A stretch of DNA of 35,512 bases from Candidatus Thorarchaeota archaeon (GCA_016839445.1 JAEOUG010000140.1:1-35512); one strand, 5' to 3'. Positions 19,801-28,273 are shown, numbered from the stretch's first letter. Numbers and translations are program-made. The notes: generated by a model not told the origin, from the letters alone.

Positions 19801-20105
19801 CCGACCTTCTGATTCAGTGAGTCCGGAGAGACTCCAAGGGTACCGATATAGGCAGCTTCCTTGTCCCTCCAGTGCTCATGCAAGGTGCAGGAGCCTACAG
19901 GTTTCCCGGAGGCTTCATCAATTGCGACAAGTATCGCTAATGCATTCATCCGCCCGAATTGCTTCTTCACGCGATCTGCGTCAAATGGGACACCTCTGGT
20001 ATAGCCACCAGGCCATAGAGGGTCCCAGGTATTGTACATGGCCGCCAACGGAGCAGCCAGGGCTTCTTTGTACTCTGCTATCGTGATCTTCATCTCGGCT
20101 GTCAA
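16845..20105 (-). CDS. Large multidomain GNAT-family N-acetyltransferase
   Basis: N-terminal GNAT (YIGTLGVSPD...KVGKKLL, LNTWAGNMRAVPLYKKIG) followed by about 900 aa of beta-rich sequence; TTG start. Confidence 0.85.
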   Translation of the reverse strand: MTAEMKITIAEYKEALAAPLAAMYNTWDPLWPGGYTRGVPFDADRVKKQFGRMNALAILVAIDEASGKPVGSCTLHEHWRDKEAAYIGTLGVSPDSLNQKVGKKLLLESVRRVTEAGFARVDLNTWAGNMRAVPLYKKIGLMWNPGGEGLTMEGYIPGILKHPLCRRFFEEHMTGKDDWYRLQVRDITQAPDNMEDRGMAVYNYHFREGDDRLNVVVDRYARGICGVQEEREGSLSSVRILPSSQNVVCGVQEDVTLEILNGSTDEMHLSIELSGPRGITFTEGSKTKLTVPSGKTSQWSASFVFGPESELHREGIKAPSIKASIETGGARFELVTGLKLAEAADIYTRQGHCRLSAGGKCSVPLTLFSNLAHAAEGRIHFETPNGLNVQIADDVVKIPQEGPAGTIIEVEADSRLGEGSHDIWLWLELDGRDSGPIVTRRTRIPVFCLGENGVAVGEDDRAKRIVVAGSDYVAYCRREGGILQLRSPNSPDIIDQIYRTEIGPPFGLSPFRFAERDVQISSTSSETVVSLNAQHPERPLWIEDRAIFEHGTGIVRREVWVKNTGKENQTLQVRIVGRQMGITFNPGQAYVSLQSGVVGEPIGVSRLSYPSLPNSPDTFKEDWITTSTETGTVGNWWNRDEVDEVQVGGGLIGMLSSKMTSLPPGEMRMVIGVTTVFGTSGWREVRRKWMARTKGVYEHELSESPPVHSVLDIHAAALLLPHSEKGTVRVSLKNMIPVPIEAEIEIDAPKEWYLSTPVRAGIHVEGSATMEFELNPSEEVADSFGVYRGSVHASSGVDFTSSLDVVCLGRRSEAVRVRQEQSEGKDTHHVENGEIEFTVSSDYGGCLTSLKNKKGVEFMISSFPNAVPRPGAFLDNYYGGVQPIVFDEEMSETLTKAKTNQEEMSARAVEDGFWKGVEVSWQGALQKTTRGVEFSLKYLTSPGSPLVLIKWRMKNVTSAPLRFFPMLYVDPAIDGDPSGLVLQSEWSGVERTVSPAPAFNGMTPSTNYIYVKPRESSGRTKGLAMVSPDKDTGMVGATIGPLIFLAALDVNVMLMPGEEKTMKSALLVDPESMEQVKDLQSVMDQL

Positions 20106-20316
20106 TGTGGTTTCCTCGAAGCGGGTTGAGGCACAGGCTTATGACGCCAAATCAATCTGCCCATGCGAGCATGTCTCTTTGGACTGGTCACAACGTTTGT
20201 AGTTTATGAGCACAAGTGACCACAGTTCGGATCACACAAAGGCGTCATCTATGGCCTGTTGAAACCAGCAATCTTGTTAAGCGAGTCATCGTTTCTCTTC
20301 TCAAAGGAGTAGTGAC

Positions 20317-22533
20317 ATGAGCGCGTACAAGCGAGTCACGGGCCGCAGACTTGCAGCAGGCATCTCTCTCGCACTCCTAGCTGCAGTAGGCTGGTTCCTG
20401 TTCCTCAAGGACTCGTGGGCTGATTCGAGCATCTATGTTTCCTCCTATAGCCTCTCCTCTTATCTAGCGATGATGTGCGCCGCATACATTCTGGTTGAGT
20501 ATAGGATCCGAGAAGAAACCGAACAGACCGTCTTCCATGCTGCGCTCTTCTTTGTTTCCATAGTCTCGATGATTAAGGCCAGCAGAATAATACTCCAGCA
20601 GGGCCCGCTACACGCGCTGTCACTCGAAATGCTCAGCATGCTGGCAGATCTGTGCATCTTTGGTGTGATACTCCTAATCAGCGTTGTAAGAAGAAAGCAA
20701 GGAGGCCCGAATCAGAGAGGATTTGAAGTCGTCGCCCTTGTGCTCGCAGGCCTCTTTGTGCAGCTGGTAGCCTTTGTCGCCTTCAACTATGTCCCACCGA
20801 GTGCGCATCCAATCCTTGGTGCAGTGATGGGTATATTCGCCGCAACGACTGTTACGACCTCAGGTTTTCTTTGGCTTCGAATCGGCGCTACTCAGAGAAT
20901 GTTTGACACAACTACGCTAATTGTGGGCTTCCTCACCTACGGTGTGTCTTGGATTCCGCTCGTCTACTCTCTATACCAGCCCTCGATATTGTGGACACTT
21001 GCCTTCTCCTTGAGAGGCATCGGATTGGTCTTCCTGGTTGTGAGCACAGCTCTGCCCTTCTTCCAGAGATCAGGTTCCCCACGATCGGCAGCTTACCTTG
21101 GAATACTGGGGCTGCAGGCGGTAGCCATTCTTCCGCTCTTCATCACAGAAACCGTTTCAGGATTCTTCCCAGAGGGCGCATCACTCGGAAGCGGCGTGCA
21201 TGTGATTGTCCACTTAGGGGCCGCGATATTGGCAATCTTCATTGCTGTCCTCACAAGTGTGTACAACTCTCAGAGGTTCGAGATAAGGCGTTATCCACTG
21301 ATTGTGGCGTTTCTTGTGTGGGCATCCCTCGATATCTATCAGATTGTCATCACGCTTGTGCCGAGCCTGGGACTCAGCACAGCCTCACTAGCACCGTATG
21401 CATCCGCGATTCTCCTTACTGGGCTGCTGCTCCCGCTCTCCATGCGGTGGACTTCTTCGGAGCCTCCTAAGTGGATCATCGACAACAGAAGGATTCTCAT
21501 TGTCATGACCATCTTCTGCTTCTTCTTTGGCGTGTGGATTGGTGAGGCGTATTCCATCTGGTTTCTCACTCTACCCTCATTTCCTTATGCCAGAATCTTC
21601 ATCCTAGCGACTCTGGTGTTCATCGTGTTCGCTTTTGTATACAGCCTCTCAGCACAGCTCAGAGTGAGCAAAGGTCGACCTAGCGTAGACCTGCTTTCGA
21701 TTGGCTTCCTCTTACCTTGGATTGTGCCAACACTAATACGTGCTAGCTATGGAGAGATGTCCATAGGTTGGGGGCTCGCAGACCTTCTTCTGCTCATGAC
21801 TTTGCTCGTTGGCCCTGTTGTGCTTGGAGCAATATACCTGGAGGAGATGCAACGTGCAGAGGAGCAAAAGAAGCGCGCACAGCTATATGCGGACCTTCTT
21901 GTTCACGACATAACCAACTACCACCAAGCTCTGGAGATTGGTTTCGGTCTGATCAGTCTCGATGATACAGATCCTAGCATTCAGAAACGGGCAGTGGAAG
22001 CCTCCTACGCAGAGCTAGAGAGGGCAGACCGGCTAATCAAGGACGTCAGGAGACTAAGCATGGCCGAGGAATTCACGCCCGCGGCATTGCATGAGATTGA
22101 CCTGACTGTGATACTAGATGCAGCCTTCAGCATTGCTTGCCGTAGACTGGACACTCACGGAGTAGCCCTTGAGAAGCTCAACCCGCATGGCGAATTCCAC
22201 GCACTCGGCAGCAATCTTCTCATAGATGCGGTTGCCAGTGTTTTGGAGGACATCATCATTCACAAAGCGAACCAAGAGCCCATCACGGCGGACATCAGAG
22301 ATTCGGACAGTCAGGGGAAGGGCTTCTGGGAACTGACTCTGAGTGCTTGTCTGAGAGACTCAAGTCCCTTCAAGGCAGGAAGACCAGAAGACATGACCGC
22401 CAACCAAGGGTTAGGACCTTCGGTAGCCAGTAGCATCGTTGAAGCACTAGGCGGCACACTCCGCATCAGTCAACCGAACGAGAGTGACGACATTCATAGA
22501 ACGTCAGTGACATTCACGCTCAGAAAGGCTTGA
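20317..22533 (+). CDS. Multi-TM sensor histidine-kinase-like protein with degenerate HATPase domain
   Basis: About 14-16 hydrophobic helices, coiled coil, H-box LLVHDITNYHQ, G2-like GLGPSVASSIVEALGG; N-box and G1 box not recognisable. Confidence 0.8.
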   Translation: MSAYKRVTGRRLAAGISLALLAAVGWFLFLKDSWADSSIYVSSYSLSSYLAMMCAAYILVEYRIREETEQTVFHAALFFVSIVSMIKASRIILQQGPLHALSLEMLSMLADLCIFGVILLISVVRRKQGGPNQRGFEVVALVLAGLFVQLVAFVAFNYVPPSAHPILGAVMGIFAATTVTTSGFLWLRIGATQRMFDTTTLIVGFLTYGVSWIPLVYSLYQPSILWTLAFSLRGIGLVFLVVSTALPFFQRSGSPRSAAYLGILGLQAVAILPLFITETVSGFFPEGASLGSGVHVIVHLGAAILAIFIAVLTSVYNSQRFEIRRYPLIVAFLVWASLDIYQIVITLVPSLGLSTASLAPYASAILLTGLLLPLSMRWTSSEPPKWIIDNRRILIVMTIFCFFFGVWIGEAYSIWFLTLPSFPYARIFILATLVFIVFAFVYSLSAQLRVSKGRPSVDLLSIGFLLPWIVPTLIRASYGEMSIGWGLADLLLLMTLLVGPVVLGAIYLEEMQRAEEQKKRAQLYADLLVHDITNYHQALEIGFGLISLDDTDPSIQKRAVEASYAELERADRLIKDVRRLSMAEEFTPAALHEIDLTVILDAAFSIACRRLDTHGVALEKLNPHGEFHALGSNLLIDAVASVLEDIIIHKANQEPITADIRDSDSQGKGFWELTLSACLRDSSPFKAGRPEDMTANQGLGPSVASSIVEALGGTLRISQPNESDDIHRTSVTFTLRKA

Positions 22534-22578
22534 AGCAGCGGAACAGTTATCCATCTTGAGCAGTGATGTCTCTGAACC

Positions 22579-24966
22579 ATGGATACCGAGATCCACCATT
22601 CAGCCTGTTCTTTGAATTGCCCTGATCTTTGTGCATACGTTGTTGAAGTCGTGGACGGAAAAATCGCAAGGCTGAGAGGAGACAGTAGACACCCATACAC
22701 ACTCGGAAGGTGCTGCCCTAAGGGCTATGCGCATGTGGAGAGGATGTACCATGAGGACCGACTCCTATTTCCACTGAGGAAGCAGCCCGATGGCTCATTC
22801 GCCCAGACAAGCTGGGAGAGAGCTCTGGACGAGGTCTCTTCTCGGATATCTGATGCAATTGCTGAGCATGGTCCAGCTAGTGTGGGAATCTACTCAGGTT
22901 CGGGCAACGACGGGATGGCTCCAAGATATGCGTCAAGGTTCGCGAATGTCATCGGTAGCCCCATGATTCCAGGAATCGCAGAGATCTGCTTCGAAGGTGC
23001 ATACGAGGGTGCTAGATTCAATGTAGGACCCTTTCCACCGCATGAACTCAGCGACTGGCTGAACTCCAAGTGTATAGTCGTATGGGGAACGAACAAGGTA
23101 GAATCAGGTATCCATACCAAACGCATTATCCAAGAAGCCAGAGACCTGGGCGCTCTTCTTGTTGTCATCGATCCTCGGAAGACACCCCACGCCAGAGAAG
23201 CAGACATATACACAACGATAAGGCCGGGAACGGATGGTGCGCTGGCACTGGGAATCGCCAACGAGATAATCCAGCGAGACCTTGTCGACCATGACTTCGT
23301 GCGGAAACACGTCTTCGGATTCGAGCAGTACGTTCAGCATGTTTCAGCCTATGGCAAGGAGAGAGTATCAGGAATCACTTGGGTTCCGAAGCATAAGATT
23401 ACTGACATAGCTATTGCATTTTCAACTCACGGACCCTCACTCATCACAACGGCTCCTGCAGGTATGAATCACTACACAAATGGCACCTGGGCGGCCAGGG
23501 CGGTCCATAGCCTGCTGGCCATATGCGGCTATATTGGGAAGCCAGGCGGCGGCTTCCAGTACCTTTCCTCAGACAACAGCCCGTTCGCAGACATCACATT
23601 GAAACACTTGCTGCCGGAAAGCTCCCAGCCAGTGGTTCCATCCGCCACGTTTCTCCCTGAGTACATAATCAATCACCAGGAGTGCCCACTTGATGTTCTC
23701 ATCATCCAGGCGGCAAACCCGATCACACAATGGCCGAACACAACGAAGACCAGAGAAGCTCTCACCCGCATTCCGTTCAAGGTCTGCATTGACCTAGAGA
23801 TGACAGATACAGCTCGGGCGTGCGACCTCGTACTCCCTGCAACTTTCATCTTCGAGCATCATAATCTTGTACACAGCGAGATACACAGGATTGTGCAGTA
23901 TGCACCAAAGATTGTGGAACCAAGAGGAGAAGCAATGACTGAGCTTGATATATGGAAGGGGATAGCAGAACGGCTTGGGCTAGCCGAGTACTTCAGAGCC
24001 AACGAGACCGATATGATAAGAGAGGCGCTGAAAAGCGACCACTGTAGCCACATCTCACTTGAGGACCTGACAGAAAGACCACAGGGAATCAGAACGAGCA
24101 GTCCAACAGTCCCCTTCTCCGACCACGCATTCAATACTCCGTCTGGCAAGATCGAGCTGTACTCTCACACACTGGAGAAGATGGGTTACGACCCGTTGCC
24201 GCATCACGAAGAACCTGCAGAGAGCCCTGTTTCAACCCCTGATGTCTATCGGGAGTATCCTCTGATCATGATTACAGGCAGGCTCCGAAACAGGCTCCAC
24301 TCTCAGTATGGCACCGTTTCTGTCGGAGGCGCGGTGAAGAGCTTCTCGCATTGCACATCCTGCAGGAAGTGTGTAGAGGAGTGCCCTGACGAAGCAATCT
24401 CAATGGCCCAACCCACTCCTCGGGAGATCGAGTCAGGCTGGGATGACCAAGGTGGCAGCAGGGCTCGTATGAGGATGACTCTTGGTAGTCTGGTCAACCA
24501 CCTTGCGGTTAGCGTCGACGACAAGGTAATCTCTGTGCCCAAGGGCCTCAACTCCTTCTTGGTCCCTCGATGGGACACAACGAAATGCATTGGTTGTCGC
24601 GAGTGTGAGCTCGATGTCTGCCCCTACTCGGTTGTGACCAAAACTCTGCAAATGGGGACCAGGAAGAGCGGTTCTTCAGAGCGGTCATTCCTTAGAATGC
24701 ATCCACAGTCTGCTCAGAGTCTGTCACTCCAAGATGGAGACATGGTACGCGTTGAGTCCCAGTGGGGCATCGTGGATCCTATGCGGCTCGAGGTAACTCA
24801 TGACATCGACCCAAGAGTTGTCTGGGCATCAGATGGATGGTGGGATCAGAACGGCAATGTAAATCTCCTTACAGCCGACAAACACACCGCTTTCGGGAGC
24901 ACACCAGGCTTCAACTCCGTGCTGGTAAGAGTAACGAAGTCGAACCGCGAGTCGGACCTAGACTAG
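22579..24966 (+). CDS. Molybdopterin (Mo/W-bisPGD, DMSO reductase superfamily) oxidoreductase with inserted 2x[4Fe-4S] ferredoxin
   Basis: CSLNCPDLC...CPKG, DRLLFPL, WGTN, VIDPRKT, IRPGTDGALA, TDTARACDLVLPA, TPSGKIELYS, ITGR...LHSQ, MHP..A..L.LQDGD.V.VES; extra CxxCxxCxxxCP and CxxCxxCxxxxCP. Confidence 0.93.
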   Translation: MDTEIHHSACSLNCPDLCAYVVEVVDGKIARLRGDSRHPYTLGRCCPKGYAHVERMYHEDRLLFPLRKQPDGSFAQTSWERALDEVSSRISDAIAEHGPASVGIYSGSGNDGMAPRYASRFANVIGSPMIPGIAEICFEGAYEGARFNVGPFPPHELSDWLNSKCIVVWGTNKVESGIHTKRIIQEARDLGALLVVIDPRKTPHAREADIYTTIRPGTDGALALGIANEIIQRDLVDHDFVRKHVFGFEQYVQHVSAYGKERVSGITWVPKHKITDIAIAFSTHGPSLITTAPAGMNHYTNGTWAARAVHSLLAICGYIGKPGGGFQYLSSDNSPFADITLKHLLPESSQPVVPSATFLPEYIINHQECPLDVLIIQAANPITQWPNTTKTREALTRIPFKVCIDLEMTDTARACDLVLPATFIFEHHNLVHSEIHRIVQYAPKIVEPRGEAMTELDIWKGIAERLGLAEYFRANETDMIREALKSDHCSHISLEDLTERPQGIRTSSPTVPFSDHAFNTPSGKIELYSHTLEKMGYDPLPHHEEPAESPVSTPDVYREYPLIMITGRLRNRLHSQYGTVSVGGAVKSFSHCTSCRKCVEECPDEAISMAQPTPREIESGWDDQGGSRARMRMTLGSLVNHLAVSVDDKVISVPKGLNSFLVPRWDTTKCIGCRECELDVCPYSVVTKTLQMGTRKSGSSERSFLRMHPQSAQSLSLQDGDMVRVESQWGIVDPMRLEVTHDIDPRVVWASDGWWDQNGNVNLLTADKHTAFGSTPGFNSVLVRVTKSNRESDLD

Positions 24967-25496
24967 TCATAGTACTCAACAGCGCTGCCGAACGTTGACT
25001 CTTCATCTTCCCCCACACCGTCTCCATAACGTGATTGAGGGTCATCCGTTGTGAGTGTGGCGATGCCATCAAACGAGGAGAGAGGATAGGTAGTGATGTC
25101 GTTTCCTTGTTCATCCTCGACTATCCAGGAGTCATCCGGACTCAGGCTTGTGAAGCTCCAATCCGATAGACACGCTTCTCTGAATGTATCAAGACCGGTT
25201 CCGTGGACAAGGACTTCGCGCCCACCTGGGCCGTCTCTAATTGCTCTAGAGAATGTATCAGTATCGTACACTCTATACTCACCTAGTTCAGTAGGCCCTG
25301 CAGACTTGGGCTTGAGTGCCTCTGTATATGCAGAGAAGAACATGTAGACCATCAAGCACAAGACCAATACAAGCACAAAGAGCAACGCGAAGGCAGATCC
25401 ATGTGGGAAGGCAGCAGGAGCAGTGAGATGGAATCCAAGGGCGGCACCAAGAACAACGACCACTGCAACAAGAGCAAGAAGCTGACCACGACGCAT
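24963..25496 (-). CDS. Hypothetical protein, 2 N-terminal TM plus acidic soluble domain
   Basis: Two hydrophobic helices then an Asp/Glu-rich domain; overlaps the oxidoreductase stop by 4 bp (shared CTAG); ORF open to 25505. Confidence 0.7.
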   Translation of the reverse strand: MRRGQLLALVAVVVVLGAALGFHLTAPAAFPHGSAFALLFVLVLVLCLMVYMFFSAYTEALKPKSAGPTELGEYRVYDTDTFSRAIRDGPGGREVLVHGTGLDTFREACLSDWSFTSLSPDDSWIVEDEQGNDITTYPLSSFDGIATLTTDDPQSRYGDGVGEDEESTFGSAVEYYD

Positions 25497-25541
25497 CAGA
25501 ATCAAGAATGCTTCTGTCTGAGGGGATTTAACAGTTAGCCG

Positions 25542-26834
25542 CTACACAAGAAACGCCAGTATGATAGAGTAGGCTGTTCCCATCAGCAAGTGGATGAAGC
25601 CTAGGGGGAAAGCGACCTTTGTGAAATCGCGAAAGCTGATGGGGCGTCCCTCATCCGCCGCAAGACTCACTGCAATCATGTTAGGAGCATCACCAAAGGG
25701 GATGATATAGCCGCCAATGTTGGCGCCGATGATGAGCGTCAGCGGCACGGTTGAGTTGACTGAGGCAAGGCCTGTCGCCACAGGGGCAAGTAGTGCAGCC
25801 ACAGGGATGTTGTCAATTACAGAGAGGAACAGGCCCGGAATCCATATCATGAAGCCGATAGCAGCGAATACGTTGCCACCGATGAGCATGTTAACGCCAC
25901 CTACGATATAGGCCACAACTCCCGCTCTGTCGAGGGCCGCCACAAGACCAAACAACCCGACCAAGAAGAAGACCGTGTCCCACGAGAGAGTCCGGAGCAG
26001 ATCCTTCGCCCTTTCGTGTGAGAACACAAGCATCGCGGAAGCGACCATCATAGCAATGAGACTGGCCTCCACACGCAGTGCCCCAATTGTGAAGCCAAGT
26101 ATCAAGATGGTCATCGCCACGGCTGAAAGGTAGAAGTCATGCCTAGACTTGATCATGATGCTAGGGCGTATCAAGTATAGTACATTCCAATCGGACTTGT
26201 CATCAAGCTCCAGCTGTTCGCCATAGAACCTAAGCAGGAGAACCATTGACACTATGAACATCATCAAGGAAAGAGGGAGCAGGGCCACGAACATGAACGC
26301 AACGTCAATCCCAGTAAGAACAGCGATGACAAGGTTGGGAACTGATCCTACGAATGACGGAATCGAGGCTACATTGGCAATAATCACCTCAGAGATGAGA
26401 AGAGGTCTGAAGTCGAAGTCCAAAGCGCGACAGACCTCGACAGTGAAGGGTCCCATCACCATCATTGTGGGCAGAGGATCAAGGAACAGGGACATTACGA
26501 AGACGAATCCCATGAAAGCCCAGAAGATCCTACGCGGATTCCCTCTGGTCCGCCTGATGAGAACTAGCGAGATGTACTGGAACATCCCGGATGATGCTGC
26601 AATCGCAACGACAATCATCATGGCCATGACAAACAGAATCGTATCCCACTCAAACATCAGTACGAAGTCTTTGAACTCGAAGCCATAGGCCAGATACAGG
26701 ATGCCGCCGGCAATCGCCATAGCGAACAATACTGTGGCAGTCTCATTGATCCGCTCGGATATGATAAGAACTAGTGTGACTGCGAGTATTGCGACTATAA
26801 CTACGCCGACTAGGTCCATCTTGACGTCGGTCAA
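25542..26834 (-). CDS. ArsB/NhaD (IT superfamily; SLC13/P-protein-like) permease
   Basis: About 12 TM; EWDTILF..AMMI.V......SGMF, FLD..PT, WDTVFFLVGLF, IDNIP, GANIGG; TTG start with GGAGTGA SD. Confidence 0.88.
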   Translation of the reverse strand: MTDVKMDLVGVVIVAILAVTLVLIISERINETATVLFAMAIAGGILYLAYGFEFKDFVLMFEWDTILFVMAMMIVVAIAASSGMFQYISLVLIRRTRGNPRRIFWAFMGFVFVMSLFLDPLPTMMVMGPFTVEVCRALDFDFRPLLISEVIIANVASIPSFVGSVPNLVIAVLTGIDVAFMFVALLPLSLMMFIVSMVLLLRFYGEQLELDDKSDWNVLYLIRPSIMIKSRHDFYLSAVAMTILILGFTIGALRVEASLIAMMVASAMLVFSHERAKDLLRTLSWDTVFFLVGLFGLVAALDRAGVVAYIVGGVNMLIGGNVFAAIGFMIWIPGLFLSVIDNIPVAALLAPVATGLASVNSTVPLTLIIGANIGGYIIPFGDAPNMIAVSLAADEGRPISFRDFTKVAFPLGFIHLLMGTAYSIILAFLV

Positions 26835-26869
26835 TCACTCCCTAGATTTAAACCAAGCGTGTATTCCGC

Positions 26870-27562
26870 CTATTTCGAGAAGACTAGAACGTATCTCAGG
26901 GGGTTTCCACGCATCGACTGATGCTTCAGGCCTGCAGCTTCTGCCCACTTCTTCACGGTTCGAGGAAGCGGCCAATCTGGATCTATAACCAGCTCAGCGT
27001 CCCCGTAAAGGCCTCCTGTCTTGAGAATTCTCCCGATCTCTGCGAGCGCCTTCACGCGATCTGGTATCTCCGGAAGGACTGTGACACTGAAGGCTCTGTC
27101 GCAGGTCTCACTCTCAAGAGGAATCCGTCCTTCTGCATCAGCGAGAATTGGCATGATGTTCTCTACGCTCTGCCCTTTCATCCTGGTGCGCAACTGGTCA
27201 AGCATCTTCTCTTGGATATCTACTGCGTAGACAATTCCATCAGGAGCAACGGCCTTCGCTACGTCAAGAGTGAAGGTCCCAGGGCCACAACCAATCTCAA
27301 GAACAGCCATCCCTGATTCTAGACCTAGCGCTTCGATTATCATAGATGGAGGCTGCAATCTCTTTCTTGGTCTGGAATCGAGACCACGGCCTATGAACGC
27401 GGGAGCTGGGAAGTGAAAGAATCTCCGAACCAGCTTGAGCAACACGAAGACGTACAGCAGCATGAGTAGCAATATGATCAAGGGAACCTCAATCCAGATT
27501 GAAAGTCCCGGGATGATGGGCGAGAGCATGACAACCGGCAACCTTATCATTACGTGTAGCAT
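26870..27562 (-). CDS. UbiE-like class I SAM methyltransferase with N-terminal TM
   Basis: VLEIGCGPG, VYAVDIQEKML, VTVLPEIPD, RILKTGG; start uncertain (27562 or a later Met). Confidence 0.88.
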   Translation of the reverse strand: MLHVMIRLPVVMLSPIIPGLSIWIEVPLIILLLMLLYVFVLLKLVRRFFHFPAPAFIGRGLDSRPRKRLQPPSMIIEALGLESGMAVLEIGCGPGTFTLDVAKAVAPDGIVYAVDIQEKMLDQLRTRMKGQSVENIMPILADAEGRIPLESETCDRAFSVTVLPEIPDRVKALAEIGRILKTGGLYGDAELVIDPDWPLPRTVKKWAEAAGLKHQSMRGNPLRYVLVFSK

Positions 27563-27563
27563 A

Positions 27564-27581
27564 TGAACGAACGTTCGTTCA
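27564..27581. promoter_or_regulatory. Perfect 18-bp palindrome TGAACGAACGTTCGTTCA, putative TetR operator
   Basis: Exactly self-complementary; lies between the divergent methyltransferase and TetR genes, just downstream of a minus-strand TTATAT box near 27600-27605. Confidence 0.78.
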
Positions 27582-27604
27582 CCTGTACGAAACAGACAGA
27601 TATA

Positions 27605-28225
27605 ATGGTTGCGACTGAGTTGTCAGTGGGAAGAGGCGACGTCAGCACAGGCACTAGAAACAAGATTGTTGAGGCTGCATACGGTCTATTCGTTGACAGA
27701 GGGTACCACGGAACCTCTATGAGAGACATAGCCAGCGCAGCAGGACTGTCATCAGTAGCGGGAATCTACAATCACTTCGTGAGTAAGGAGAGAATCTTCG
27801 CAAGAACCCTGGAAGCATATCATCCGCTAGTTCGTGTCATGGAATCGGTTAGCAAGGCCAGAGGAAGAACCCAGCAGGGCCTCATGAGAAGTATGGCGAA
27901 CAACATGATTGAATCGCTGAGAGATGATCCTGGAATGCTCAATCTAATGCTCATTGAGTTCGTAGAACACGGAGGGACACACATTGACGATCTTCAGAGT
28001 GTCTTCGTTCCTCAGCTCATGCAGGTCTATCAGCGAGTGAAGTCCAAAAAGGGTCGACTCAGGCGGATGAATGCAGAAACTATGACTCAGTCACTTCTAG
28101 GCTTCGTGTTCTCTCGAGTGCTCTTTGAGTGGGTGTTTGGCTCTAGCGAGAGCACTAATCCGAAGGTCCTGAGGAAACACCTCCAGCTGTATCTGAACGG
28201 TGTCATGAAGCCGAAGACACCCTAG
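27605..28225 (+). CDS. TetR/AcrR-family transcriptional regulator
   Basis: TRNKIVEAAYGLFVDRGYHGTSMRDIASAAG....GIYNHFVSKERIF; start ATG 27605 or GTG 27626 rather than 27563, which overlaps the operator. Confidence 0.92.
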   Translation: MVATELSVGRGDVSTGTRNKIVEAAYGLFVDRGYHGTSMRDIASAAGLSSVAGIYNHFVSKERIFARTLEAYHPLVRVMESVSKARGRTQQGLMRSMANNMIESLRDDPGMLNLMLIEFVEHGGTHIDDLQSVFVPQLMQVYQRVKSKKGRLRRMNAETMTQSLLGFVFSRVLFEWVFGSSESTNPKVLRKHLQLYLNGVMKPKTP

Positions 28226-28273
28226 ATTGTCCATCAGAGTGAAACCTATATCCTCTGATTCCTCTCCAGACCT

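Noticed and set aside
22579-27562. Arsenic island (Mo oxidoreductase + ArsB-like permease + methyltransferase as ArsM)
   Set aside because: The methyltransferase lacks the conserved Cys set of ArsM, the regulator is TetR rather than ArsR, there is no ArsC, and the Mo enzyme has no Tat signal or Aio/Arr partner subunits
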